A stretch of 64,000 nucleotides of DNA from Paraspadella gotoi (taxonomy: Eukaryota; Animalia; Chaetognatha): contig CM119268.1 in the NCBI GenBank assembly GCA_051294375.1, forward strand, positions 1,291,218-1,355,217, given 5' to 3'. Shown here in pieces: positions 40,858-53,166 of this stretch. Under the pieces are notes generated by a model. It saw nothing but the letters and a program-made list of their open reading frames with translations. It was not told where the DNA came from and did not search any database. Position numbers and translations under genes: made by a program. Within the stretch, counting starts at the first letter, position 1. Every line of letters begins with the position of its first letter.

Positions 40858-43800
40858 GGCACGAGGCGAAAATCGACGATGGGCGAAATATTTTTCGAAT
40901 CATCATCCCTGGATCCTAGAGAAAACGACCTCGGCCAAAGGAAGGATTTAAGGGGAGGATTTGAGGTGGAGGGATTTAAGGGGAAGGATTCAATGGGAAG
41001 GATTAATGGGAAGGATATTAAGGGGTGGGTTTGAGGGAAAGGAAAAGGAAAAGGAAAAGGAAAAGGATTAGAGGAAAAGTATTTGGCGGAGGGATTTGTG
41101 GATATGATTCGGCAAGTGACGATCGTCGAAGGTTGCGATGAAAGTTCGGTTAAAAGGTTTAAAAATAAAAATAAAAATAATTATTACATATTACGTCTTT
41201 GTTGTCGTCGACATCTTGTTAGTATAATGAGTCAGATGTCAGAAATGTGTCGAGGTCGATGAATTTTAATGTACCAATAAAAACATCTTAATTTTAAATA
41301 ATAACAATCTTTCAATTTTCAAGAGTGTTTGTCTTCGAATCAATTAAGACAAACTTTTATTACTTTTATCAAAGGCCTCGAGAAATGAGAGTCTATCAAA
41401 CCAAAACCGATATTCACAATTAATTAATTAATTAATAAAATTAATCACCAAAATTATTTAAAAAAATAAACATGAAATGATTTGCCTTTTTTGTGCTCGA
41501 GGCTGTGATTTATAGACGTATGTATTTATAAATAACGATTTGAAGTTAAGTACAAGATGAACACGACTATACATAGACATTTCTCGCTCAACAACGACAT
41601 TTACTACGACGACGACGACGACGACGACGACGATAAATCTCATTACAAGTCGACCACAACTTCTTCTCTTGCGACGTCCTCCACATCTTCCAATCCTTTC
41701 AACGCCATCTTCCGTCACGTCAACACGACGTACTGTCCCATCTCGTCGGTCTTCGAATGGAACCGCATGCTCCATCGCGAGGACCCCCTTGTGGCGAAGT
41801 CGCCCCTCGCTTTGGATCGACGCTGCCACCAAACGGCGACGACGACGACGACGACGATGACGAGGACCGCGACCAAGGCGATTGACCCAACCGTTGGAAT
41901 CGCTCGTCGAAGGCTGCGGATGTGATCCCCGGATGTGAGCGTAGAACCTGTCGAGCGCCGTTCGCTTCTCGTCCGCCTCGAGGATCAACTGGACGCGACA
42001 GATTGTAAGCGGCCGAAGGATGGGAGTCGCACTCCGTCGCAGGCTCCTCCTTGGATTCGTCCGTCGACGACGGAGATCGAGCCTCTCGTCCAGTTGCCTC
42101 CGCCGCAGGCGATCGTCGAGTCTCAAACATTTCGTCGTCCGACTGCAGTTTCCGTCGGGAAATCTCGACGCAGGCGCTCGGTCAACTCGTCGGCCAATCC
42201 CATGACCTTCGCTCTCGTCCAACTCGATGGCGAACAAAGTCATCCGGACCACGAGGACATTCGCGTTTCCGGTTTCCGGCAAATTCTTCGGCAGAGAAAT
42301 CTCGCACTTTTCCCGGCAATCCAACTCTTTTTCCGGCGCTGGAACTAACTCCACGATTGGCCTTGTCATAAGGAAATAACAAAAAGTTATCACTTTTTAA
42401 TTCTGAATTAAATCAACATATTTAAGTATTTTGTAAAACAAATTTTCGTTTTATGTATCTCTGGAAGGATATTTTAACATTATTTTTTTGGTTTTCACCT
42501 GCGTAATCGCAAACGAGGCCGTTAATAGTTTTCCCTGCATCGACAATCGAACGATCCCGGCGAATTCCGGCTTCGGCGCCGTGTCGGCACGGACTCATCG
42601 AGACGCATTCGTCGACGTCTTGCAGAGTATGCTCGATCTCCGCCTTCGATCTTCCTTCCCATCGAGAGGCGTCATCGTTGAGTCTCGTTTGATTACAGAC
42701 GATCACGACGCCCTCTTCCGTCGCGTTGTATCCCTCGGCGCAGGACAAGGAGCACGAGTCTCCGTCGCTCAACTCTCCCGCGTCGACGGAACAGTTGAAG
42801 GCGACTCCTTCACCGAAGGGAAGTTCGCAAAGGAGCCTTTCGCAGGTGGAGTCGACCGTCGGCGTCCACGAACCCTCACGTCCTTTGTCCTTTATGTTCG
42901 CAGGTGAAATTTCGTTCTTTCCTTTCGGCCAAAAATCCTCGGTCGCAGAGCAGACGACATTCCTCCCGCATTTTCGATCCGCAGGCGCTCGAGGTTGGCG
43001 TGGTCGACGCTCAATTCTCCGCAGTCGACGGCGAGGCAGCCGGCGACGCGTCCAGACTCCCTCCATTCGCTGCGCGTCGACGGACGATGGGCGCAGGTGA
43101 GGGTTGGTCGAGGAGTCTACCAGAAGCGTCGTGCATTCCAGGCGACAGCTGGCGCCGTAGTGGTAGTCTTCGCCCACGGAACAATCTGGTCAGAGTCACG
43201 TTGGGCGGAACGTGGGATTCGTTCAGGCGAACAGGAAACGGCGCTGGTGGAACTAGGCCAGATCCGAACAGGTCCTCGATCCAGTCGCGGGAGACAGGCC
43301 CGGGCTGGCCTGGCCGCAACGGCCCAGTCGAAGGGCCGGAGCTGATACAATCCGGGGCGCGCAGAGGAATGGCAGGGTCTCGTTGAAGGAAGCTTTGGCG
43401 CGCAGGTGGACGAGAGGTTGGTCTTTCAGCGGGAGGGCGGCGATTCTGGAAAACAGGTTCGTATTAAAATCTATATGACAAGAATTTAAATTAACGAATT
43501 GAAGTACTAAACAAAATGACAATGAATAACCAGCAGTATAACGGTTGAATAAAGGAGGTGAACGTGAGCTGAATGAATGAAGAATTGAATGAATGAATAA
43601 ATGAATGAATGAGATAATGAATGAATATGAATGAATTGAATGAGTGAATGAATGAATGAATGAACTAATGAATGAATAATTGAAGAATAAATAAAGGTTA
43701 AAATAAATAAATTAATTCAATCAAACAATCAATATTCCATCATTCATAAATTTTAACCAATCAATCCAATAAATCAATCAATCAATGAATCAATCAATCA

Positions 43801-44440
43801 AGAGGATTATCATAACCACTGCTCCGACGCGGCAATCTATTCCATAAAATCCGTCTATACATTGGTCCGTCTCCAGACAAACTCCCGACTCCCGATCGCA
43901 ACTTCCTCTCGCGCATGCGCAGTCTCTCTCGCATTCGCGCCGAATTTCCCTCGCCGCAGCCTCGGATCGAGCAGTTGCCGAAGGAAAGTTCTAGAGCGTC
44001 GAGGGCGACCGATCGGACCCGGGGGTAAGTTTGAGACGGAGCTGAAGATGAGTAAAGGAGTATATTGTCAACCAGTCAGGTTTTAAGCCAGATCAGGTCG
44101 GATTCGACAGGCAGGAATTCAGGAAAAAGTGGGGCGGAATTATTTTGGTAAGACATGCGCTCAGTCGCCTCAACTGATTATCCAAATTAATATTTAAAAT
44201 TTCATTATGATATATACCAACATTTTTTCTTTTTTTTGGCGAATTTGATAGCATTTTTTTAATCACATAATAATTCATGTTTGAATAAATATTATAATAA
44301 TGTTCGAAAATAAAATTCTTGTGGTGGTATATTCACACCACCTCACGTCCGTCATCCTTCAGCCAAATCCATTGGCTCAGAGGGGGAACACACCATTCCA
44401 AGCGTAGTGTTCATCCACAGTCCTAACGACTTCCCTCTGC

Positions 44441-44520
44441 GTTGGCAAAGCGAGACCGTCCTAGGGTAACCGCGCCAGTGACTGGAAGGCGTCACTGAGG
44501 GTCGAAGCCCCAAAGCCAAC
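44441..44520 (+). ncRNA. Twister ribozyme, type P5 (5' LTR, copy 1; L4 lacks one G)
   Basis: GUUGGC-AAA-GCGA-GACCG-UCCUAGGG-UAA-CCGC-GC-P3 hairpin-A-GGG-UCGAAGC-CCC-AAA-GCCAAC; predicted cleavage 44467/44468. Confidence 0.7.
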
Positions 44521-44926
44521 AGTGAGATGCCCCATCCAATGGGCATCACAGGCAACCCGGCTGTTGCCATAAGTGGTGAGCCCTACTATCGAACACGCAA
44601 CCTTCTCAGGGTACGCTATGACAAACGCCTATGCCTGCCGACTTCGGGTACGCTACGACAAACGCCTATGCCCCTGGGGTAACGCTACGACAAACGCCTA
44701 TGCCCCCACAACTCGCGCTCTCTCTCTCTCTCCCACTATGGTAACAGTCTTGTCAGACACCTCTCAGGCTTGAGGAACCTGAGTGATGTCTTGGCCCGGG
44801 ATCCTGTGGTGGTATATTCACACCACCTCACGTCCGTCATCCTTCAGCCAAATCCATTGGCTCAGAGGGGGAACACACCATTCCAAGCGTAGTGTTCCAT
44901 CCACAGTCCTAACGACTTCCCTCTGC

Positions 44927-45007
44927 GTTGGCAAAGCGAGACCGTCCTAGGGTAACCGCGCCAGTGACTGGAGGCGTCACTGAGGGTCGGAAGCCCCCAA
45001 AGCCAAC
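44927..45007 (+). ncRNA. Twister ribozyme, type P5 (3' LTR, copy 1)
   Basis: Full core: L1 UAA and GA, L4 UCGGAAGC, T1 CGG/CCG, T2 GC/GC, P3 CAGUGAC/GUCACUG, P5 GUUGGC/GCCAAC; predicted cleavage 44953/44954. Confidence 0.8.
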
Positions 45008-46159
45008 AGTGAGATGCCCCATCCCAATGGGCATCACAGGCAACCCGGCTGTTGCCATATTCTTTTACTTTTTCTCAACATGAACGGAAATTCAAATATG
45101 TGTTGCGCCGCAGTGACTTTCTTAGCCCGTCTTTTGTTCTTTATAGTTTTATGATTTCCTGAAGGCGGCGCAAGCAGTCACTTAGATTTGAGGTTTTTTC
45201 TGTCTTAACAAATGAGCAACTAACTATGGGCGAGTTATGAGCATTTTTAACGTAAGTGGGACAGACCGACGGACAGACATACCGACCGACAGACCGTCCG
45301 ACCGACTGACAGAACGAACGGAAAGTGTCTCATAAAAAATCTCCCACAATTTCTACCTTTCCGTATTTGCATCAACGTCCAACGGAATATATTTCCATTT
45401 TTCTCCCTGATTTCCGCTGATTTTCCAAATGACTTCTCGATCGTAGATCGTCTCCCCTTCTATCACAAGTCCTTGCGATGTCATAACGTCGTCTGTGTGA
45501 TTGATCCACGGAGCGTACATGTGATAAAAGAAGGACAAGCATCTTCCAGCCGATGTGCTGTTGAAAAAGCAAAGAAAAATACTTTAAGTCTTTAGCCTTT
45601 GCTTAACCAATACAATTTAACATTTTTATTTAAAAATATTAACAAAAATTAACCAAATTTAAGTACCGATTTTCCTGCTTGATATTTGGCAACAAAATAT
45701 CAAAAGTAGAGTAGCCTTCTTCTTGGTCGATGAGTAGGAATTTTCCTGAATGTTCACACAATTTCACAATCAATAAACGTGAATCATAGGAGCCAGTCCA
45801 CAATTTACAAAAACGTTGCTATTTGAACCCCACCTTGGCAAGATGGTCTCTTCGTACAGTGATCAAACTTTGCCCCGGCTATGCCCGTTAGACTACATCC
45901 GGGGCAATAGCACAATCGCCTCCCGTATCATTATCGGGATTGTAGCAAAAGTTTTCGTATTCATCACGACGGGTTGCGAGTGATTGCTCCAGAGTTCGCA
46001 TTCAACGAGCTCACCAGTTGCGCCTTGAGTCGCAAAATGCCACGTGCGGTGGAGTTCCGAACAATCTTTGGAAGGAAATAAAAGAATGAAGCAATCGATC
46101 GATCGATCGATCGATCGATCGATCGATCGATCGATCGATCGATCGATCAATCAATCAAT

Positions 46160-46237
<78 letters not shown>

Positions 46238-46251
46238 GAAATCAATCAAGA

Positions 46252-46287
<36 letters not shown>

Positions 46288-49030
46288 AAAAGGAAAACAA
46301 TTTAAAAAAAATAAACAAATAACAAATAAATAAATAAATAAATAATTAAATAAATTAGAAAATATACAAATAAAAAATAAATAAATACATTAATAAATAA
46401 ATCACTTGACACGCTAAAATATTAACCAATCAGTCACCAATTAAATCAATCAAACAATCGATCAATCAATCAATCAATCAATCATATATAAATCAATTCA
46501 ATCAATCAACCAATCAATCAATCAATTAATCAATCTATCAATCAGTCATTCACTCCACTCACTTTTACAAAACTCCACTCTACACTCGATCCTCACGGAT
46601 TCGTCTTCTCCGCAGTTTTCTTTCTCGCAGCACCAAAGATTCCTTCCTTCTCCGCCACGAATCCGCCGCCGTCGAGCAGCGCAGGAAATCGGCAGTAATT
46701 CAGCGCCGCCGCCGCGGAGCCGTCGGAAAAGACGGCGTCCGCCAGATCCGTCTTCTCCCAATCAAGGCAGAGGGCGCTATCCGTACGGGCGGCGCCGGTG
46801 TAGCGCCACAACGCCGTCCGGATGCCGTCGGCGTCGTCGGTTTCGACGCCGCGAACGCACTCTGGCGGAGAAAAAAAAAGAGAAGTTAAATTGGAAGTTG
46901 ATAGAATGTGGGAAACAGTGATATAAATTATCATTTATTCGAGTTTGACAATAATTGCACCAATTTCATATGTTGTTTGTAAACTTAGTAGTTTAAATCT
47001 TAGTTTCAATAAAAAAAAGTTTTAAATTCATATTAGACACCTGATTCAGTAACGATTCAACCAAAATCATTGGGTTTCAATAAAAACTATACCAACATCC
47101 GATGTCCATTTGTATTTTAATCCAACTAGTTGAAATTTAAACAACCAATATAGAAATTATCCATTCAGTGCCCCTGATTTTTGGACAGGCTTTCGTGGTT
47201 TAAGGCCTCCATCACTCTAACAAGAGAATGACAGCTTTCATATCACGAGGTTTATAGGTCAAATATTATAAAAGCTGTGCTAAAATAAAGCAGTCTTTGA
47301 AAGCTCATCCTTCCATCTTTCTGTCCTTCACTTCATCTTTTCCTTGTCCTCTTCATCCTGTTCCTTGTCCCTTCATGTCCTCTTCATCCTCTTCCTTGTC
47401 CTCTTCATAATCTACCTTGTCCTCTTCATCCTCTTCCTTGTCCTCTTCATCCTTTCCTTGTCCTCTTTTCCTCTTCATCGCTCTCCTTCTTGCTGCCTCT
47501 TTATCCTCTTCCTTGTCCTCTTCATCCCCTTCCTTGTCCTCTTCATCCTCCTTCCTTGTCCTCTTCATCCTATTCCTTGTCCTCTTCATCCTTCTTCCTC
47601 GTCCTCTTCACCCTCTTCTTTGTCCTCTTTTCATGGAGGATGGAGCTCCTGGACACAAAGCCAGAGCCACCCGAAAATGGTATGAGGAAAACTAGATCGA
47701 GTTGCTGGACGGTTGGTCCGGGAACCACGCCAGACTGCAACATCATCAAAAACATCTTGGTCAACGATGAAAATTGAAGAGAGAGAATTCGCAGTCCAAC
47801 GCCAAGACAGTGTACGAAATTAAGAGAATTTAGTAAAGCGGGTTTGGCGGGAGCTGAACCCTTTATATTTGCGCAGCCTCTATACTCTCTCCCTTTGTCG
47901 GTGATCGGACAAAGTTTCAGCTACTAAAAAGTGTTGGATTCCTTCAAAAAGCGAAATAAAATGCTTTTATTGTAACTATCAAACTTGTTGTTGCACACGT
48001 GTGTAATTTACAGTGTATCTAAAAATTATGCATTTCGGATAGTAAGTCAAGGAAATTCTCGTCAGTACTTTTTATTAATTCTCGAGAACATTTTTACTTT
48101 GTATCAAATTTGTTCTTTTTCCCAGAAGGACATGAGCATCAGCATCACTATTTCCGACAGTCGCCCGGTTTGTTATAAACATTCATACCAAAGAAAGTTC
48201 AAACGTTTTTTACAACATCACGCCCCCCCTCGAAACAACGGTTATTATTTCTCTTTTAAACGTTTATTACTTGTATTTCAAAATGATGAATCGAAGAGAG
48301 AAAAATGTTTATCTCGCTTCTCTTTTCCGTCACGAACGATTTTTTTCCTTTTTATTATCGACCAGATTCGTGGAGAATTAAAAAAAAAAAAAGAAAAAAA
48401 ACTTATGCGCAGTTGAGTCGCATTTCGTTTTACCGAAGTGTAAAAAGGACATGATGAAAGGACAAAGATGAAAGGACAAAGTCAATAGTTGATGTCAAAT
48501 GATTGTGATCTTCGTTGCAAACGTTTGAACAATACACCATTTCCGGAAAACAACCACGAAAAGGAAAAACGAGGAATGGACGATCTGCTAATGAGCCTCT
48601 GTTTTATACTTTCTCTCATTTCTAGCTAGAATTTATTTATTTTAAGATGAGTGTCGTCCCTAGAAATGTCTAATATCAATTTCAAAAACGGCCTGACAAT
48701 CAACTCCCCCCTCCCCCGCGCGATTGACTGATTTTCACCAAAACTTTCCAGGTCACAATGTTTACCTTTAATTAGTTGGAATGCTGATCATGCGGAGTTC
48801 ATTGCTCAAAATGATTATCGTTTTTACATTGTCTTTATGTTTTGGTTTTGTTTATTTCTTAATTATTTCGTTCGTTAGTTATTTTCACAATCGCCGCATT
48901 GTTTAGTTTCGCAATTAAAAAAAAATAAAAAGAAATTCGTTCGGCTTCGAGGATCCAAAGGCCAGCAGGTTGATGATGCACGAAGCGGTCGAAATCATGG
49001 GCGGATTTTTGACGCGACCCCATCATCATC

Positions 49031-49119
<89 letters not shown>

Positions 49120-49977
49120 GGCAACGAGGCGAAAATCGACGATGGGCGAAATATTTTTTTCGAATCATCATCCCTGGATCCTCGAGAAACGACCTCGGCC
49201 AAAGGAAGGATTTAAGGGGAGGGATTTGAGGGGAGGGATTTAAGGGGAAGGATTTAAGGGGAAGGATTTAATGGGAAGGATTTAAGGGGTGGGTTTGAGG
49301 GAAAGGAAAAGGAAAAGGAAAAGGAAAAGGATTAGAGGAAAAGTATTTGGCGGAGGGATTTGTGGATATGATTCGGCAAGTGACGATCATCGAAGGTTGG
49401 ATGAAAGTTCGGTTAAAAGGTTTAAAAATAAAAATAAAAATAATTATTACATATTACGTCTTTGTTGTCGTCGACATCTTGTTAGTATAATGAGTCAGAT
49501 GTCAGAAAATGTGTCGAGTCGATGAATTTTAATGTACCAATAAAAACATCTTAATTTTAAATAATAACAATCTTTCAATTTTCAAGAGTGTTTGTCTTCG
49601 AATCAATTAAGACAAACTTTTATTACTTTTATCAAAGGCCTCGAGAAATGAGAGTCTATCAAACCAAAACCGATATTCACAATTAATTAATTAATTAATA
49701 AATTAATCACCAAAATTATTTAAAAAAAAATAAACATGAAATGATTTGCCTTTTTTTGTGCTCGAGGCTGTGATTTATAGACGATATGTATTTATAAATA
49801 ACGATTTGAAGTTAATACAAGATGAACACGATATACATAGACATTTCTCGCTCAACAACGACATTTACTACGACGACGACGACGACGACGACGATAAATC
49901 TCATTACAAGTCCGACCACAACTTCTTCTCTTGCGACGTCCTCCACACTCTTCCAATCCTTTCAACGCCATCTTCCG

Positions 49978-50616
49978 TCACGTCAACACGACGTACTGTC
50001 CCATCTCGTCGGTCTTCGAATGGAACCGCATGCTCCATCGCGAGGACCCCCTAGTGGCGAAGTCGCCCCTCGCTTTGGATCGACGCTGCCACCAAACGGC
50101 GACGACGACGACGACGACGATGACGAGGACCGCGACCAAGGCGATGACCCAACCGTTGGAATCGCTCGTCGAAGGCTGCGGATGTGATCCCCGGATGTGA
50201 GCGTAGAACCTGTCGAGCGCCGTTCGCTTCTCGTCCGCCTCGAGGATCAACTGGACGGACAGATTGTAAGCGGCCGAAGGATGGAGTCGCACTCCGTCGC
50301 AGGCTCCTCCTTGGATTCGTCCGTCGACGACGGAGATCGAGCCTCTCGTCCAGTTGCCTCCGCGCAGGCGATCGTCGAGTCTCAAACATTTCGTCGTCCG
50401 ACTGCAGTTTCCGTCGGGAATCTCGACGCAGGCGCTCGTCAACTCGTCGGCCAATCCCATGACCTTCGCCTCGTCCAACTCGATGGCGAACAAAGTCATC
50501 CGGACCACGAGGACATTCGCGTTTCCGGTTTCCGGCAAATTCTTCGGCAGAGAAATCTCGCACTTTTCCCGGCAATCCAACTCTTTTTCCGGCGCTGGGA
50601 CTAACTCCACATTGGC
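49978..50616 (-). CDS. Gene B last exon (copy 2, intact frame): juxtamembrane region, TM helix WVIALVAVLVIVVVVVVAVWW, short tail ending GQYVVLT
   Basis: ORF 49978..50637; gacaag acceptor in phase 0; hydrophobic helix followed by QRRSK. Confidence 0.8.
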   Translation of the reverse strand, partial: ANVELVPAPEKELDCREKCEISLPKNLPETGNANVLVVRMTLFAIELDEAKVMGLADELTSACVEIPDGNCSRTTKCLRLDDRLRGGNWTRGSISVVDGRIQGGACDGVRLHPSAAYNLSVQLILEADEKRTALDRFYAHIRGSHPQPSTSDSNGWVIALVAVLVIVVVVVVAVWWQRRSKARGDFATRGSSRWSMRFHSKTDEMGQYVVLT

Positions 50617-50766
50617 CTTGTCATAAGGAAATAACAAAAAGTTATCACTTTTTAATTCTGAATTCTAAAATTCTAATTCTAAAATCCCATTTAAGTATTT
50701 TGTAAAACAAATTTTCGTTTTATGTATCTCTGGAGGATATTTTAACATTATTTTTTTGGTTTTCAC

Positions 50767-51695
50767 CTCGTAATCGCAAACGAGGCCGTAATAGTTTTCC
50801 CTGCATCGACAATCGAACGATCCCGGCGAATTCCGGCATTCGGCGCCGTGTCGGCACGGACTCATCGAGACGCATTCGTCGACGTCTTGGCAGAGATGCT
50901 CGATCTCCGCCTTCGATCTTCCTTCCCATCGAGAGGCGTCATCGTTGAGTCTCGTTTGATTACAGACGATCACGACGCCCTCTTCCGTCGCGTTGTATCC
51001 CTCGGCGCAGGACAAGGAGCACGAGTCTCCGTCGCTCAACTCTCCCGCGTCGACGGAACAGTTGAAGGCGACTCCTTCACCGAAGGGAAGTTCGCAAAGG
51101 AGCCTTTCGCAGGTGGAGTCGACCGTCGGCGTCCACGAACCCTCACGTCCTTTGTCCTTTTGTTCGCAGGTGAAATTTCGTTCTCCTTTCGGCCAAAATC
51201 CTCGGTCGCAGAGCAGACGACATTCCTCCCGCCATTTCGATCCGCAGGCGTCGAGGTTGGCGTGGTCGACGCTCAATTCTCCGCAGTCGACGGCGAGGCA
51301 GCCGGCGACGGTCCAGACTCCCTCCATCGCTGCGGCGTCGACGGACGACTGGGCGCAGGTGAGGTTGGTCGAGGAGTCTGACCAGAAGCCGTCGTGGCAT
51401 TCCAGGCGACAGCTGGCGCCGTAGTGGTAGTCTTCGCCCACGGAACAATCGGTCAGAGTCACGTTGGGCGGAACGTGGGATTCGTTCAGGCGACAGGAAA
51501 CGGGCGAACAGGCCAGATCCGACAGGTCCTCGATCCAGTCGCCGGGAGACAGGCCCGGGCTGGCCTGGCCGCAACGGCCCGTCGAAGGGCCGGAGCGATA
51601 CAATCCGGGGGCGCAGAGGAATTGGCAGGTCTCGTTGAAGGAAGCTTTGGCGCCGCAGGTGGACGAGAGGTTGGTCTTCAGCGGGAGGGCGCATT
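50767..51695 (-). CDS. Gene B exon (copy 2, intact frame): ~4 sushi/CCP modules plus calcium-binding EGF
   Basis: ORF 50665..51768 with CxxxCxxG[YF]...C...W...C sushi patterns and DVDECVSMSPCRHGAECRNSPGSFDCRCRENYYGLVC; ttccag acceptor, GAG|GTGAAA donor. Confidence 0.9.
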
Positions 51696-52053
51696 CTGGA
51701 AAACAGGTTCGTATAAAATCTATATGACAAGAATAAATTAACGAATGAAGTACTAAACAAAATGACAATGAATAACCCAGTTAACGGTTGAATAAAGGAG
51801 TGAGTGAGTGAATGAATGAATGAATGAATGAATGAATGAATGAATGAATGAATAAATGAATGAATGAATGAATGAATTAATGAGTGAATGAATGAATGAA
51901 TGAACTAATGAATAAATAAATTGAAGAATAAATAAAGGTTAAAATAAATAAATTAATCAATCAAACAATCAATTATTCCATCATTCAATAAATTAACCAA
52001 TCAATCAATAAATCAATCAATCAATGAATCAATCAATCAAAGGATTATCATAC

Positions 52054-52278
52054 CCACTGTCGACGCGCAATCTATTCCATAAAATCCGTCTATACATTGG
52101 TCCGTCTCCAGACAAACTCCCGACTCCCGATCGCAACTTCCTCTCGCGCATGCGCAGTCTCTCTCGCATTCGCGCCGAATTTTCCCTCGCCGCAGCCTCG
52201 GATCGAGCAGTTGCCGAAGGAAAGTTCTAGAGCGTCGAGGGCGACCGATCCGGACCCGGGGGTAAGTTTGAGACGGAG
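52054..52278 (-). CDS. Gene B exon (copy 2): end of MAM domain (VALDALELSFGNC) plus EGF/laminin-EGF-like module (CACARGSCDRESGVC...CIDGFYGIDC)
   Basis: Motifs visible across one frameshift; cttcag acceptor, G|GTATGA donor. Confidence 0.7.
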
Positions 52279-52680
52279 CTGAAGATGAGTAAAGGAGTAT
52301 ATTGTCAACCAGTCAGGGTTTTAAGCCAGATCAGGTCGGATTCGACAGGCAGGAATTCAGGAAAAAGTGGGGCGGAATTATTTTGGTAAGACATGCGCTC
52401 AGTCGCCTCAACTGATTATCCAAATTAATATTTAAAATTTCATTATGATATATACCAACATTTTTTTCTTTTTTTTGGCGAATTTGATAGCATTTTTTTA
52501 ATCACATAATAATTCATGTTTGAATAAATTATTATAATAATGTTCGAAAATAAAATTCTTGTGGTGGTATATTCACACCACCTCACGTCCGTCATCCTTC
52601 AGCCAAATCCATTGGCTCAGAGGGGAACACACCATTCCAAGCGTAGTGTTCCATCCACAGTCCTAACGACTTCCCTCTGC

Positions 52681-52761
52681 GTTGGCAAAGCGAGACCGTC
52701 CTAGGGTAACCGCGCCAGTGACTGGAGGCGTCACTGAGGGTCGGAAGCCCCCAAAGCCAAC
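52681..52761 (+). ncRNA. Twister ribozyme, type P5 (5' LTR, copy 2)
   Basis: Complete core as at 44927-45007; predicted cleavage 52707/52708. Confidence 0.8.
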
Positions 52762-53166
52762 AGTGAGATGCCCCATCCAATGGGCATCACAGGCAACCCG
52801 GCTGTTGCCATAAGTGGTGAGCCCTACTATCGAACACGCAACCTTCTCAGGGTACGCTATGACAAACGCCTATGCCCTGCCGACTTCGGGTACGCTACGA
52901 CAAACGCCTATGCCCCTGGGGTACGCTACGACAAACGCCTATGCCCCCACAACTCGCGCTCTCTCTCTCTCTCCCACTATGGTAACAGTCTTGTCAGACA
53001 CCTCTCAGGCTTGAGGAACCTGAGTGATGTCTTGGCCCGGGATCCTGTGGTGGTATATTCACACCACCTCACGTCCGTCATCCTTCAGCAAATCCATTGG
53101 CTCAGAGGGGGAACACACCATTCCAAGCGTAGTGTTCCATCCACAGTCCTAACGACTTCCCTCTGC

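Larger units (their letters stand above)
44320..45059 (+). mobile_element. Non-autonomous LTR mini-retroelement (TRIM/retrozyme-like), copy 1
   Basis: Direct repeats 44320-44571 and 44805-45059 (TGTGG...CCATA), 233-bp non-coding interior, TTCT on both flanks, TGGTGAGCCC PBS-like motif 2 nt after the 5' LTR. Confidence 0.85.
41715..46861 (-). pseudogene. Gene B partial copy 1 (kringle 46563-46861, MAM 45834-46065 and 45357-45557, MAM/EGF 43817-44041, sushi/cbEGF 42499-43445, TM 41715-42361); frameshifted, lacks signal and lectin exons
   Basis: Same exons as copies 2 and 3 with many indels; may be an assembly duplicate rather than a true pseudogene. Confidence 0.55.
39075..47240. repeat. ~8.2-kb tandem unit, copy 1 (3' part of gene B from the kringle exon through downstream flank); copies 2 and 3 at 47241-54357 and 54383-62205
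   Basis: tatcacgaggtttataggtcaaat at 39075 and 47241; exons, introns and the LTR element are collinear in all three copies. Confidence 0.9.

Noticed and set aside
44352-44773. Short ORFs in the LTR element
   Set aside because: They differ by frameshifts among copies and show no gag/pol similarity.
44320-45059. Hammerhead or HDV-like ribozyme in the LTR
   Set aside because: No CUGANGA plus GAAA core on either strand (nearest are CUGAGGG and CUGAAGG); the GGCAAC is a simple hairpin. The twister fold explains the sequence better.
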